Source: the human T2T-CHM13v2.0 reference genome, Homo sapiens
Length of the DNA stretch: 64,000 bases
Assembly: GCF_009914755.1 (NCBI RefSeq)
Contig: NC_060938.1
Reading direction: 5' to 3' (one strand)
A model generated the notes under the pieces. It worked only from the letters and a program-made list of their open reading frames with translations, had not been told where the DNA came from and did no database searches. Positions 15,001 to 30,000 of this stretch are shown piece after piece (position 1 is the stretch's first letter; each line of letters starts with the position of its first letter). Position numbers and translations under genes: made by a program.

Positions 15001-18000
15001 TGTTTGAGCAGTTTTGAAACTCTCTTTCGGTAGAATCTTCAAGTGGATATTTTCAGCGCTTTGAGGCCTATGGTGAAAAAGAAAATGTCTTCACATAAAA
15101 ACTAGTCAGAAGCATTCTGAGAAACTTCTTTGTGACGTGTGCATTCAACTCATGGAGTTCAACCTTTCTTTTGATTCAGCAGTTTGGAAACAGTCTTTTT
15201 ACAGTATCTGCAAATGGCTATTTGGAGAGCTTTGAGGCCTATGGTGTAAAAGGAAATCTCTTCCCATAAAAACTAGACAGCAGCATTCTGAGAAACTTAT
15301 TTGTGATCTGTGCATTCATCTCACAGAGTTGAACCTTTCTTTTGATTCAGCAGTTTTGAAACTGTCGTTTTGTAGAATCTGCAAAGGAATATTTGTGAGC
15401 CCATTGAGGCTTCTGGGGTGATAGGAAATATCTTCACATAAAAACTAGACAGATACTTTCTGAGAAACTATTTTGTCGTGTGTGACTTCTACTCACCGGG
15501 TTGAAACTTTCTCTTGATTGAGCAGTTTGGAAACAGTCTTTTTGTAGAATCTGCAAATTGATATTTGGAGTGCTTTTGGCCTACGTTGAAAAACGAAATA
15601 TCTTCCCATAAAAAGTAGGCAGAAGTTTTGGAGAAATTTATTTTGATGTGTGCATTCATCTCACACAGTTGAAATTTTCTTTTGATTGAGCAGTGTGGAT
15701 ACACTCGTTTTGTAGAGTCTGCAAGTGGATATTTGGAGCACTTTGTGGCCTACAGTGAAAAAGGAAATATCTTCACATAAAAACTAGATAGAAGAATTCT
15801 GAGAAACTTCCTTTGAATGGGCGCATTCATCTCACACTGTTGAAATTTTTTTTTGATTGAGCACCTTCTAAACAGTCATTTTGTAGAATGTGCAAAGGAA
15901 TATTTGTGAGCCCATTGATGCCTCTGGGGAAACAGGAAATATCTTCACATAAAAACGAGACAGAATCTTTCTCAGAAACGTCTTGGTGATGTGTGCATTC
16001 ATCTCACTGAGTTGAACTTTACTTTGATTGAGCAGTTTGGAAACAGTCTTTTCTAGTATCTGCAAATGGATATTTTAAGCACTCTGAGGCCTACGGTGAA
16101 AAAGGAAATATCTTCAATATAAATCAGACAGAAGCATTCATAGAAACTTCTTTGTGATGTGTGCATACATCTCACCGACTAGAACCTTTCTTTTCATTGA
16201 GCAGTTTTGAAACACTCTTTTAGCGGAATCTGCAAGTGTTTATTTGGAGCGCATGAGGAATATGGTGGAAAAGGAATCTTCTTCACATAAAAACGAGACG
16301 GAAGCATTCTGAGAAACTTCTCTGTGATGGATGCATTCATTTCACAGAGTTAAACCTTTCCTGTGATTGAGCGGTTTGGAAACAGTAGTTTTTTACAATC
16401 TGCAGAAGGATACTTGTCAGCTGATTGAGGTCTATGGGGTGATAAGAAATATGTTCACATAAAAACTAGATAGAAAGTTTCTGAGAAACTTCTTTGTGAT
16501 ATTTGCTTTTATCTCATAGAGTTGAAACTTTCTTTTTATTGAGGAGTTTGGGAACAGTCTTTTTGTAGTATCTGCAAATGGATATTACCAGTGCTTTGAG
16601 GCCTAGGGTGAAAAAGGAAATATCTTCACATAAAAACAAGGCAGAAGCATTCTGAGAAACTTCTTTTTGATGTCTGCATTCATCTCACAGAGTTGAACCT
16701 TTCTTTTGATTGAGCAGTTTTGAAACGCTCTATTTGTAGTATCTGCAAGTGGATATTTGGAACGCTTTGAGGCCTATAGTGGAAAAGGAAATATCTTCAC
16801 ATAAAAACCTAGAAAGAAGAATTCTGAGAAACTTCCTAGGAAGGTGTGTTTTCGTCTCACACTGTTAAACCCGTCTTTTGATTGAGCAGCTTCGATACAC
16901 TCATTTAGGAGAATATGAAAGGGAATATTTGAGAGCCCATTGAGGCCTCTGGGGAAATAAGAAATATCTTCACCTAAAAACTAGACAAAAACTTTCTGAG
17001 AAACACCCTTGTGATGTGTGCATTCATCATACACAGTTGAACTTTCTTTTGATTGAGCAGTTTGGATACAGTCATTTGTATTATCTGTAAATGGATATTT
17101 GGAGTGTACTGAGGCCTATGGTGAAAAAGGTAATATCCTCACATAAAATTCAGATGGAAGCATTCTTAGTAACTCCTATGTGATGTGTGCATTCATCTCA
17201 CAGACTTCAAACTTTCTATAGATTGAGCAGTTTTGAAACACTCTTTTTGTAGAATCTGCCAGTGGATATTTGGAGCGCTCTGTGGTCCATAGTGGAAAAG
17301 GAAATATCTTCATAAAAAAAATAAACAGAAGCACTTTGAGAAACTTCTCTGTGTTGTATGCAGTCATATTTCAGACATGAAACTTTCTTTGGTACCGCAG
17401 TTTTAAAACACTCTTTTTGGAGATTCTGAAAGTAGATATTTGGAGAGACTTGAGGACTACGGTGGAAAAGGAAATATCTTCACAAAAAAACTAGACAGAA
17501 ACATTCTGAGAAGCTTCTTTGTGATGTGTGCATCCATCTCAAAGAGTTGAACCTTTCTTTTGATTGAGCATTTTTGAAGCACTCTTTTTGTAGAATCTTC
17601 AAGTGGATATTTGGAGTGTTTGTGGCCTGTGGTGGAAAAGGAAATATATTCACATAAAAACTAGATAGAAGCATTCTGAGAAACTTCTTTGTGATGTGCT
17701 CATTCAACTCACAGAGTTGAGCTTTTCTTTTGATTGAGCAGTTTGGAAACAGTCTTTTTGTAGAATCTGCAGGTGGATATTTGGAGCGCATTACGGCCTA
17801 TAGTGGAAAAGGAAATATATTCACATAAAATCTAGACAGAAGCATTCTGAGAAACTTCTTTGTGATGTGCTCATTCAACTCACAGAGTTGAACTTTTCTT
17901 TTGTTTGAGCAGTTTGCAAACAGTCTTTCTGTAGAATCTGCAAGTGGATATTAGGAGTGCATTACGGCCTATAGTGGAAAATGAAATATCTTCACATAAA

Positions 18001-21000
18001 AACTAGACAGAAACATTATGAGAAACTGCTTTGTGATGCGTGCATTCATCACCAGAGTTGAGTTTCTCTTTTGATTGAACAGTTTTGAAACACTCTTTCT
18101 GTAGAATCTGAAAGGGATATTTGGAGCGCTTTGCAGCCTATGGTGAAAAAGGAAATATCTTCACATAAAAGCTAGACAGAGCATTCTAAGAAAGTGCTTT
18201 GTGACGTGTGCATTCATCTGACAGTGTTGAACCTTTCTTTTGATTGAGCAGTTTTGAAACACTCTTATTGTAGAATCTGCAACTGGATATTTGGAGAGTT
18301 TGAGGCCACTGGTGGAAAAGCAAATATCTTCACATCAAAACTAGACAGGACCATTATAAGTAATCTCTTTGAGATGCGTGCATTCAACTCACAGAGTTGG
18401 ACATTTCCTTTGATTGAGCAGTTTGGAAACAGTCTTTATGCAGTATCTGCAAACGGATATTTGGAGCACTTTCAGGCCTATAGTAGGAAAGGAAATATCT
18501 TCACATAAAAACTAGACACCAAATTACTGAGAAACTTCTTAATGATGTGTGCATTCATCTCACAGAGTTGAAACCTCTTTTGATTGAGCAGTTTGGAAAC
18601 ACTCTTTTAGTAGAAACTGCAAGGGGATATTTGGAGCGTTTTGTGGTCTATGGTAGAAAAGGATATATCTTCACATAAAAATAGAAGCATTCTGAGGAAC
18701 TTCCTGATGTGTTCATTCATCTCAAAGAGTTGAACTTTTCTTTTGATTGAGCAGCTTTGAAAAACTCTTTCTGCAGAATCTGCAAGTTGATATTTGGAGT
18801 GCTTTGTGGCCTATAGTAGAAAAGGAAATATCTTTACATAAAACTAGACAGAAGCATTCTGAGAAACTTCTTTGTGATGTGTGCATTCATCTCGCAGAGT
18901 TGAATCTTTCTTTTGTTTGAGCAGTTTTGAAACTCTCTTTTTGTAGAATCTTCAAGTGGATATTTTCAGCGCTTTGAGGCCTATGGTGGAAAAGAAAATA
19001 TCTTCACATAAAAACTAGTCAGAAGCATTCTGAGAAACTTCTTTGTGACGTGTGCATTCAACTCATGGAGTTCAACCTTTCTTTTGATTCAGCAGTTTGG
19101 AAACAGTCTTTTTACAGTATCTGCAAATGGCTATTTGGAGAGCTTTGAGGCCTATGGTGTAAAAGGAAATCTCTTCCCATAAAAACTAGACAGCAGCATT
19201 CTGAGAAACTTATTTGTGATCTGTGCATTCATCTCACAGAGTTGAACCTTTCTTTTGATTCAGCAGTTTTGAAACTGTCGTTTTGTAGAATCTGCAAAGG
19301 AATATTTGTGAGCCCATTGAGGCTTCTGGGGTGATAGGAAATATCTTCACATAAAAACTAGACAGATACTTTCTGAGAAACTATTTTGTCGTGTGTGACT
19401 TCTACTCACCGGGTTGAAACTTTCTCTTGATTGAGCAGTTTGGAAACAGTCTTTTTGTAGAATCTGCAAATTGATATTTGGAGTGCTTTTGGCCTACGTT
19501 GGAAAACGAAATATCATCCCATAAAAAGTAGGCAGAAGTTTTGGAGAAATTTATTTTGATGTGTGCATTCATCTCACACAGTTGAAATTTTCTTTTGATT
19601 GAGCAGTGTGGATACACACGTTTTGTAGAGTCTGCAAGTGGATATTTGGAGCACTTTGTGGCCTACAGTGAAAAAGGAAATATCTTCACATAAAAACTAG
19701 ATAGAAGAATTCTGAGAAACTTCCTTTGAATGGGCGCATTCATCTCACACTGTTGAACTTTTTTTTTGATTGGGCACCTTCTAAACAGTCATTTTGTAGA
19801 ATATGCAAAGGAATATTTGTGAGCCCATTGATGCCTCTGGGGAAACAGGAAATATCTTCACATAAAAACGAGACAGAATCTTTCTCAGAAACGTCTTGGT
19901 GATGTGTGCATTCATCTCACTGAGTTGAACTTTACTTTGATTGAGCAGTTTGGAAACAGTCTTTTCTAGTATCTGCTAATGGATATTTTAAGCACTCTGA
20001 GGCCTACGGTGAAAAAGGAAATATCTTCAATATAAATCAGACAGAAGCATTCATAGAAACTTCTTTGTGATGTGTGCATTCATCTCACCGACTAGAACCT
20101 TTCTTTTCATTGAGCAGTTTTGAAACACTCTTTTAGCGGAATCTGCAAGTGTTTATTTGGAGCGCATGAGGAATATGGTGGAAAAGGAATCTTCTTCACA
20201 TAAAAACGAGACGGAAGCATTCTGAGAAACTTCTCTGTGATGGATGCATTCATTTCACAGAGTTAAACCTTTCCTGTGATTGAGCGGTTTGGAAACAGTA
20301 GTTTTTTACAATCTGCAGAAGGATACTTGTCAGCTGATTGAGGTCTATGGGGTGATAAGAAATATGTTCACATAAAAACTAGATAGAAAGTTTCTGAGAA
20401 ACTTCTTTGTGATATTTGCTTTTATCTCATAGAGTTGAAACTTTCTTTTTATTGAGGAGTTTGGGAACAGTCTTTTTGTAGTATCTGCAAATGGATATTA
20501 CCAGTGCTTTGAGGCCTAGGGTGAAAAAGGAAATATCTTCACATAAAAACAAGGCAGAAGCATTCTGAGAAACTTCTTTTTGATGTCTGCATTCATCTCA
20601 CAGAGTTGAACCTTTCTTTTGATTGAGCAGTTTTGAAACGCTCTATTTGTAGTATCTGCAAGTGGATATTTGGAACGCTTTGAGGCCTATAGTGGAAAAG
20701 GAAATATCTTCACATAAAAACCTAGAAAGAAGAATTCTGAGAAACTTCCTAGGAAGGTGTGTTTTCGTCTCACACTGTTAAACCCGTCTTTTGATTGAGC
20801 AGCTTCGATACAGTCATTTAGGAGAATATGAAAGGGAATATTTGAGAGCCCATTGAGGCCTCTGGGGAAATAAGAAATATCTTCACCTAAAAACTAGACA
20901 AAAACTTTCTGAGAAACACCCTTGTGATGTGTGCATTCATCATACACAGTTGAACTTTCTTTTGATTGAGCAGTTTGGATACAGTCATTTGTATTATCTG

Positions 21001-24000
21001 TAAATGGATATTTGGAGTGTACTGAGGCCTATGGTGAAAAAGGTAATATCCTCACATAAAATTCAGATGGAAGCATTCTTAGTAACTCCTATGTGATGTG
21101 TGCATTCATCTCACAGACTTCAAACTTTCTATAGATTGAGCAGTTTTGAAACACTCTTTTTGTAGAATCTGCCAGTGGATATTTGGAGCGCTCTGTGGTC
21201 CATAGTGGAAAAGGAAATATCTTCATAAAAAAAATAAACAGAAGCACTTTGAGAAACTTCTCTGTGTTGTATGCAGTCATATTTCAGACATGAAACTTTC
21301 TTTGGTACCGCAGTTTTAAAACACTCTTTTTGGAGATTCTGAAAGTAGATATTTGGAGAGACTTGAGGACTACGGTGGAAAAGGAAATATCGTCACAAAA
21401 AAACTAGACAGAAACATTCTGAGAAGCTTCTTTGTGATGTGTGCATCCATCTCAAAGAGTTGAACCTTTCTTTTGATTGAGCATTTTTGAAGCACTCTTT
21501 TTGTAGAATCTTCAAGTGGATATTTGGAGTGTTTGTGGCCTGTGGTGGAAAAGGAAATATATTCACATAAAAACTAGATAGAAGCATTCTGAGAAACTTC
21601 TTTGTGATGTGCTCATTCAACTCACAGAGTTGAGCTTTTCTATTGATTGAGCAGTTTGGAAACAGTCTTTTTGTAGAATCTGCAGGTGGATATTTGGAGC
21701 GCATTACGGCCTATAGTGGAAAAGGAAATATATTCACATAAAATCTAGACAGAAGCATTCTGAGAAACTTCTTTGTGATGTGCTCATTCAACTCACAGAG
21801 TTGAACTTTTCTTTTGTTTGAGCAGTTTGCAAACAGTCTTTCTGTAGAATCTGCAAGTGGATATTAGGAGTGCATTACGGCCTATAGTGGAAAATGAAAT
21901 ATCTTCACATAAAAACTAGACAGAAACATTATGAGAAACTGCTTTGTGATGCGTGCATTCATCACCAGAGTTGAGTTTCTCTTTTGATTGAACAGTTTTG
22001 AAACACTCTTTCTGTAGGATCTGAAAGGGATATTTGGAGCGCTTTGCAGCCTATGGTGAAAAAGGAAATATCTTCACATAAAAGCTAGACAGAGCATTCT
22101 AAGAAAGTGCTTTGTGACGTGTGCATTCATCTGACAGTGTTGAACCTTTCTTTTGATTGAGCAGATTTGAAACACTCTTATTGTAGAATCTGCAACTGGA
22201 TATTTGGAGAGTTTGAGGCCACTGGTGGAAAAGCAAATATCTTCACATCAAAACTAGACAGGATCATTATAAGTAATCTCTTTGAGATGCGTGCATTCAA
22301 CTCACAGAGTTGGACATTTCCTTTGATTGAGCAGTTTGGAAACAGTCTTTATGCAGTATCTGCAAACGGATATTTGGAGCACTTTCAGGCCTATAGTAGG
22401 AAAGGAAATATCTTCACATAAAAACTAGACAGCAAATTACTGAGAAACTTCTTAATGATGTGTGCATTCATCTCACAGAGTTGAAACTTCTTTTGATTGA
22501 GCAGTTTGGAAACACTCTTTTAGTAGAAACTGCAAGGGGATATTTGGAGCGTTTTGTGGTCTATGGTAGAAAAGGCTATATCTTCACATAAAAATAGAAG
22601 CATTCTGAGGAACTTCCTGATGTGTGCATTCATCTCAAAGAGTTGAACTTTTCTTTTGATTGAGCAGGTTTGAAAAACTCTTTCTGCAGAATCTGCAAGT
22701 TGATATTTGGAGTGCTTTGTGGCCTATAGTAGAAAAGGAAATATCTTTACATAAAACTAGACAGAAACATTCTGAGAAACTTCTTTGTGATGTGTGCATT
22801 CATCTCACAGAGTTGAATCTTTCTTTTGTTTGAGCAGTTTTGAAACTCTCTTTCGGTAGAATCTTCAAGTGGATATTTTCAGCGTTTTGAGGCCTATGGT
22901 GAAAAAGAAAATGTCTTCACATAAAAACTAGTCAGAAGCATTCTGAGAAACTTCTTTGTGACGTGTGCATTCAACTCATGGAGTTCAACCTTTCTTTTGA
23001 TTCAGCAGTTTGGAAACAGTCTTTTTACAGTATCTGCAAATGGCTATTTGGAGAGCTTTGAGGCCTATGGTGTAAAAGGAAATCTCTTCCCATAAAAACT
23101 AGACAGCAGCATTCTGAGAAACTTATTTGTGATCTGTGCATTCATCTCACAGAGTTGAACCTTTCTTTTGATTCAGCAGTTTTGAAACTGTCGTTTTGTA
23201 GAATCTGCAAAGGAATATTTGTGAGCCCATTGAGGCTTCTGGGGTGATAGGAAATATCTTCACATAAAAACTAGACAGATACTTTCTGAGAAACAATTTT
23301 GCGTGTGTGACTTCTACTCACCGGGTTGAAACTTTCTCTTGATTGAGCAGTTTGGAAACAGTCTTTTTGTAGAATCTGCAAATTGATATTTGGAGTGCTT
23401 TTGGCCTACGTTGAAAAACGAAATATCTTCCCATAAAAAGTAGGCAGAAGTTTTGGAGAAATTTATTTTGATGTGTGCATTCATCTCACACAGTTGAAAT
23501 TTTCTTTTGATTGAGCAGTGTGGATACACTCGTTTTGTAGCGTCTGCAAGTGGATATTTGGAGCACTTTGTGGCCTACAGTGAAAAAGGAAATATCTTCA
23601 CATAAAAACTAGATAGAAGAATTCTGAGAAACTTCCTTTGAATGGGCGCATTCGTCTCACACTGTTGAACTTTTTTTTTGATTGGGCACCTTCTAAACAG
23701 TCATTTTGTAGAATATGCAAAGGAATATTTGTGAGCCCATTGATGCCTCTGGGGAAACAGGAAATATCTTCACATAAAAACGAGACAGAATCTTTCTCAG
23801 AAACGTCTTGGTGATGTGTGCATTCATCTCACTGAGTTGAACTTTACTTTGATTGAGCAGTTTGGAAACAGTCTTTTCTAGTATCTGCTAATGGATATTT
23901 TAAGCACTCTGAGGCCTACGGTGAAAAAGGAAATATCTTCAATATAAATCAGACAGAAGCATTCATAGAAACTTCTTTGTGATGTGTGCATTCATCTCAC

Positions 24001-27000
24001 CGACTAGAACCTTTCTTTTCATTGAGCAGTTTTGAAACACTCTTTTAGCGGAATCTGCAAGTGTTTATTTGGAGCGCATGAGGAATATGGTGGAAAAGGA
24101 ATCTTCTTCACATAAAAACGAGACGGAAGCATTCTGAGAAACTTCTCTGTGATGGATGCATTCATTTCACAGAGTTAAACCTTTCCTGTGATTGAGCGGT
24201 TTGGAAACAGTAGTTTTTTACAATCTGCAGAAGGATACTTGTGAGCTGATTGAGGTCTATGGGGTGATAAGAAATATGTTCACATAAAAACTAGATAGAA
24301 AGTTTCTGAGAAACTTCTTTGTGATATTTGCTTTTATCTCATAGAGTTGAAACTTTCTTTTTATTGAGGAGTTTGGGAACAGTCTTTTTGTAGTATCTGC
24401 AAATGGATATTACCAGTGCTTTGAGGCCTATGGTGAAAAAGGAAATATCTTCACATAAAAACAAGGCAGAAGCATTCTGAGAAACTTCTTTTTGATGTCT
24501 GCATTCATCTCACAGAGTTGAACCTTTCTTTTGATTGAGCAGTTTAGAAACGCTCTATTTGTAGTATCTGCAAGTGGATATTTGGAACGCTTTGAGGCCT
24601 ATAGTGGAAAAGGAAATATCTTCACATAAAAACCTAGAAAGAAGAATTCTGAGAAACTTCCTAGGAAGGTGTGTTTTCGTCTCACACTGTTAAACCCGTC
24701 TTTTGATTGAGCAGCTTCGATACAGTCATTTAGGAGAATATGAAAGGGAATATTTGAGAGCCCATTGAGGCCTCTGGGGAAATAAGAAATATCTTCACCT
24801 AAAAACTAGACAAAAACTTTCTGAGAAACACCCTTGTGATGTGTGCATTCATCATACACAGTTGAACTTTCTTTTGATTGAGCAGTTTGGATACAGTCAT
24901 TTGTATTATCTGTAAATGGATATTTGGAGTGTACTGAGGCCTATGGTGAAAAAGGAAATATCCTCACATAAAATTCAGATGGAAGCATTCTTAGTAACTC
25001 CTATGTGATGTGTGCATTCATCTCACAGACTTCAAACTTTCTATAGATTGAGCAGTTTTGAAACACTCTTTTTGTAGAATCTGCAAGTGGATATTTGGAG
25101 CGCTCTGTGGTCCATAGTGGAAAAGGAAATATCTTCATAAAAAAAATAAACAGAAGCACTTTGAGAAACTTCTCTGTGTTGTATGCAGTCATATTTCAGA
25201 CATGAAACTTTCTTTGGTACCGCAGTTTTAAAACACTCTTTTTGGAGATTCTGAAAGTAGATATTTGGAGAGACTTGAGGACTACGGTGGAAAAGGAAAT
25301 ATCTTCACAAAAAAACTAGACAGAAACATTCTGAGAAGCTTCTTTGTGATGTGTGCATCCATCTCAAAGAGTTGAACCTTTCTTTTGATTGAGCATTTTT
25401 GAAGCACTCTTTTTGTAGAATCTTCAAGTGGATATTTGGAGTGTTTGTGGCCTGTGGTGGAAAAGGAAATATATTCACATAAAAACTAGATAGAAGCATT
25501 CTGAGAAACTTCTTTGTGATGTGCTCATTCAACTCACAGAGTTGAGCTTTTCTTTTGATTGAGCAGTTTGGAAACAGTCTTTTTGTAGAATCTGCAGGTG
25601 GATATTTGGAGCGCATTACGGCCTATAGTGGAAAAGGAAATATATTCACATAAAATCTAGACAGAAGCATTCTGAGAAACTTCTTTGTGATGTGCTCCTT
25701 CAACTCACAGAGTTGAACTTTTCTTTTGTTTGAGCAGTTTGCAAACAGTCTTTCTGTAGAATCTGCAAGTGGATATTAGGGGTGCATTACGGCCTATAGT
25801 GGAAAATGAAATATCTTCACATAAAAACTAGACAGAAACATTATGAGAAACTGCTTTGTGATGCGTGCATTCATCACCAGAGTTGAGTTTCTCTTTTGAT
25901 TGAACAGTTTTGAAACACTCTTTCTGTAGAATCTGAAAGGGATATTTGGAGCGCTTTGCAGCCTATGGTGAAAAAGGAAATATCTTCACATAAAAGCTAG
26001 ACAGAGCATTCTAAGAAAGTGCTTTGTGACGTGTGCATTCATCTGACAGTGTTGAACCTTTCTTTTGATTGAGCAGTTTTGAAACACTCTTATTGTAGAA
26101 TCTGCAAGTGGATATTTGGAGAGTTTGAGGCCACTGGTGGAAAAGCAAATATCTTCACATCAAAACTAGACAGGATCATTATAAGTAATCTCTTTGAGAT
26201 GCGTGCATTCAACTCACAGAGTTGGACATTTCCTTTGATTGAGCAGTTTGGAAACAGTCTTTATGCAGTATCTGCAAACGGATATTTGGAGCACTTTCAG
26301 GCCTATAGTAGGAAAGGAAATATCTTCACATAAAAACTAGACACCAAATTACTGAGAAACTTCTTAATGATGTGTGCATTCATCTCACAGAGTTGAAACT
26401 TCTTTTGATTGAGCAGTTTGGAAACACTCTTTTAGTAGAAACTGCAAGGGGATATTTGGAGAATTTTGTGGTCTATGGTAGAAAAGGATATATCTTCACA
26501 TAAAAATAGAAGCATTCTGAGGAACTTCCTGATGTGTGCATTCATCTCAAAGAGTTGAACTTTTCTTTTGATTGAGCAGCTTTGAAAAACTCTTTCTGCA
26601 GAATCTGCAAGTTGATATTTGGAGTGCTTTGTGGCCTATAGTAGAAAAGGAAATATCTTTACATAAAACTAGACAGAAGCTTTCTGAGAAACTTCTTTGT
26701 GATGTGTGCATTCATCTCACAGAGTTGAATCTTTCTTTTGTTTGAGCAGTTTTGAAACTCTCTTTCGGTAGAATCTTCAAGTGGATATTTTCAGCGCTTT
26801 GAGGCCTATGGTGGAAAAGAAAATATCTTCACATAAAAACTAGTCAGAAGCATTCTGAGAAACTTCTTTGTGACGTGTGCATTCAACTCATGGAGTTCAA
26901 CCTTTCTTTTGATTCAGCAGTTTGGAAACAGTCTTTTTACAGTATCTGCAAATGGCTATTTGGAGAGCTTTGAGGCCTATGGTGGAAAAGGAAATCTCTT

Positions 27001-30000
27001 CCCATAAAAACTAGACAGCAGCATTCTGAGAAACTTATTTGTGATCTGTGCATTCATCTCACAGAGTTGAACCTTTCTTTTGATTCAGCAGTTTTGAAAC
27101 TGTCGTTTTGTAGAATCTGCAAAGGAATATTTGTGAGCCCATTGAGGCTTCTGGGGTGATAGGAAATATCTTCACATAAAAACTAGACAGATACTTTCTG
27201 AGAAACTATTTTGTCGTGTGTGACTTCTACTCACCGGGTTGAAACTTTCTCTTGATTGAGCAGTTTGGAAACAGTCTTTTTGTAGAATCTGCAAATTGAT
27301 ATTTGGAGTGCTTTTGGCCTACGTTGAAAAACGAAATATCTTCCCATAAAAAGTAGGCAGAAGTTTTGGAGAAATTTATTTTGATGTGTGCATTCATCTC
27401 ACACAGTTTAAATTTTCTTTTGATTGAGCAGTGTGGATACACTCGTTTTGTAGAGTCTGCAAGTGGATATTTGGAGCACTTTGTGGCCTATAGTGAAAAA
27501 GGAAATATCTTCACATAAAAACTAGATAGAAGAATTCTGAGAAACTTCCTTTGAATGGGCGCATTCATCTCACACTGTTGAAATTTTTTTTTGATTGAGC
27601 ACCTTCTAAACAGTCATTTTGTAGAATGTGCAAAGGAATATTTGTGAGCCCATTGATGCCTCTGGGGAAACAGGAAATATCTTCACATAAAAACGAGACA
27701 GAATCTTTCTCAGAAACGTCTTGGTGATGTGTGCATTCATCTCACTGAGTTGAACTTTACTTTGATTGAGCAGTTTGGAAACAGTCTTTTCTAGTATCTG
27801 CAAATGGATATTTTAAGCACTCTGAGGCCTACGGTGAAAAAGGAAATATCTTCAATATAAATCAGACAGAAGCATTCATAGAAACTTCTTTGTGATGTGT
27901 GCATACATCTCACCGACTAGAACCTTTCTTTTCATTGAGCAGTTTTGAAACACTCTTTTAGTGGAATCTGCAAGTGTTTATTTGGAGCGCATGAGGAATA
28001 TGGTGGAAAAGGAATCTTCTTCACATAAAAACGAGACGGAAGCATTCTGAGAAACTTCTCTGTGATGGATGCATTCATTTCACAGAGTTAAACCTTTCCT
28101 GTGATTGAGCGGTTTGGAAACAGTAGTTTTTTACAATCTGCAGAAGGATACTTGTCAGCTGATTGAGGTCTATGGGGTGATAAGAAATATGTTCACATAA
28201 AAACTAGATAGAAAGTTTCTGAGAAACTTCTTTGTGATATTTGCTTTTATCTCATAGAGTTGAAACTTTCTTTTTATTGAGGAGTTTGGGAACAGTCTTT
28301 TTGTAGTATCTGCAAATGGATATTACCAGTGCTTTGAGGCCTAGGGTGAAAAAGGAAATATCTTCACATAAAAACAAGGCAGAAGCATTCTGAGAAACTT
28401 CTTTTTGATGTCTGCATTCATCTCACAGAGTTGAACCTTTCTTTTGATTGAGCAGTTTTGAAACGCTCTATTTGTAGTATCTGCAAGTGGATATTTGGAA
28501 CGCTTTGAGGCCTATAGTGGAAAAGGAAATATCTTCACATAAAAACCTAGAAAGAAGAATTCTGAGAAACTTCCTAGGAAGGTGTGTTTTCGTCTCACAC
28601 TGTTAAACCCGTCTTTTGATTGAGCAGCTTCGATACAGTCATTTAGTAGAATATGAAAGGGAATATTTGAGAGCCCATTGAGGCCTCTGGGGAAATAAGA
28701 AATATCTTCACCTAAAAACTAGACAAAAACTTTCTGAGAAACACCCTTGTGATGTGTGCATTCATCATACACAGTTGAACTTTCTTTTGATTGAGCAGTT
28801 TGGATACAGTCATTTGTATTATCTGTAAATGGATATTTGGAGTGTACTGAGGCCTATGGTGAAAAAGGTAATATCCTCACATAAAATTCAGATGGAAGCA
28901 TTCTTAGTAACTCCTATGTGATGTGTGCATTCATCTCACAGACTTCAAACTTTCTATAGATTGAGCAGTTTTGAAACACTCTTTTTGTAGAATCTGCCAG
29001 TGGATATTTGGAGCGCTCTGTGGTCCATAGTGGAAAAGGAAATATCTTCATAAAAAAAATAAACAGAAGCACTTTGAGAAACTTCTCTGTGTTGTATGCA
29101 GTCATATTTCAGACATGAAACTTTCTTTGGTACCGCAGTTTTAAAACACTCTTTTTGGAGATTCTGAAAGTAGATATTTGGAGAGACTTGAGGACTACGG
29201 TGGAAAAGGAAATATCGTCACAAAAAAACTAGACAGAAACATTCTGAGAAGCTTCTTTGTGATGTGTGCATCCATCTCAAAGAGTTGAACCTTTCTTTTG
29301 ATTGAGCATTTTTGAAGCACTCTTTTTGTAGAATCTTCAAGTGGATATTTGGAGTGTTTGTGGCCTGTGGTGGAAAAGGAAATATATTCACATAAAAACT
29401 AGATAGAAGCATTCTGAGAAACTTCTTTGTGATGTGCTCATTCAACTCACAGAGTTGAGCTTTTCTTTTGATTGAGCAGTTTGGAAACAGTCTTTTTGTA
29501 GAATCTGCAGGTGGATATTTGGAGCGCATTACGGCCTATAGTGGAAAAGGAAATATATTCACATAAAATCTAGACAGAAGCATTCTGAGAAACTTCTTTG
29601 TGATGTGCTCATTCAACTCACAGAGTTGAACTTTTCTTTTGTTTGAGCAGTTTGCAAACAGTCTTTCTGTAGAATCTGCAAGTGGATATTAGGAGTGCAT
29701 TACGGCCTATAGTGGAAAATGAAATATCTTCACATAAAAACTAGACAGAAACATTATGAGAAACTGCTTTGTGATGCGTGCATTCATCACCAGAGTTGAG
29801 TTTCTCTTTTGATTGAACAGTTTTGAAACACTCTTTCTGTAGAATCTGAAAGGGATATTTGGAGCGCTTTGCAGCCTATGGTGAAAAAGGAAATATCTTC
29901 ACATAAAAGCTAGACAGAGCATTCTAAGAAAGTGCTTTGTGACGTGTGCATTCATCTGACAGTGTTGAACCTTTCTTTTGATTGAGCAGTTTTGAAACAC

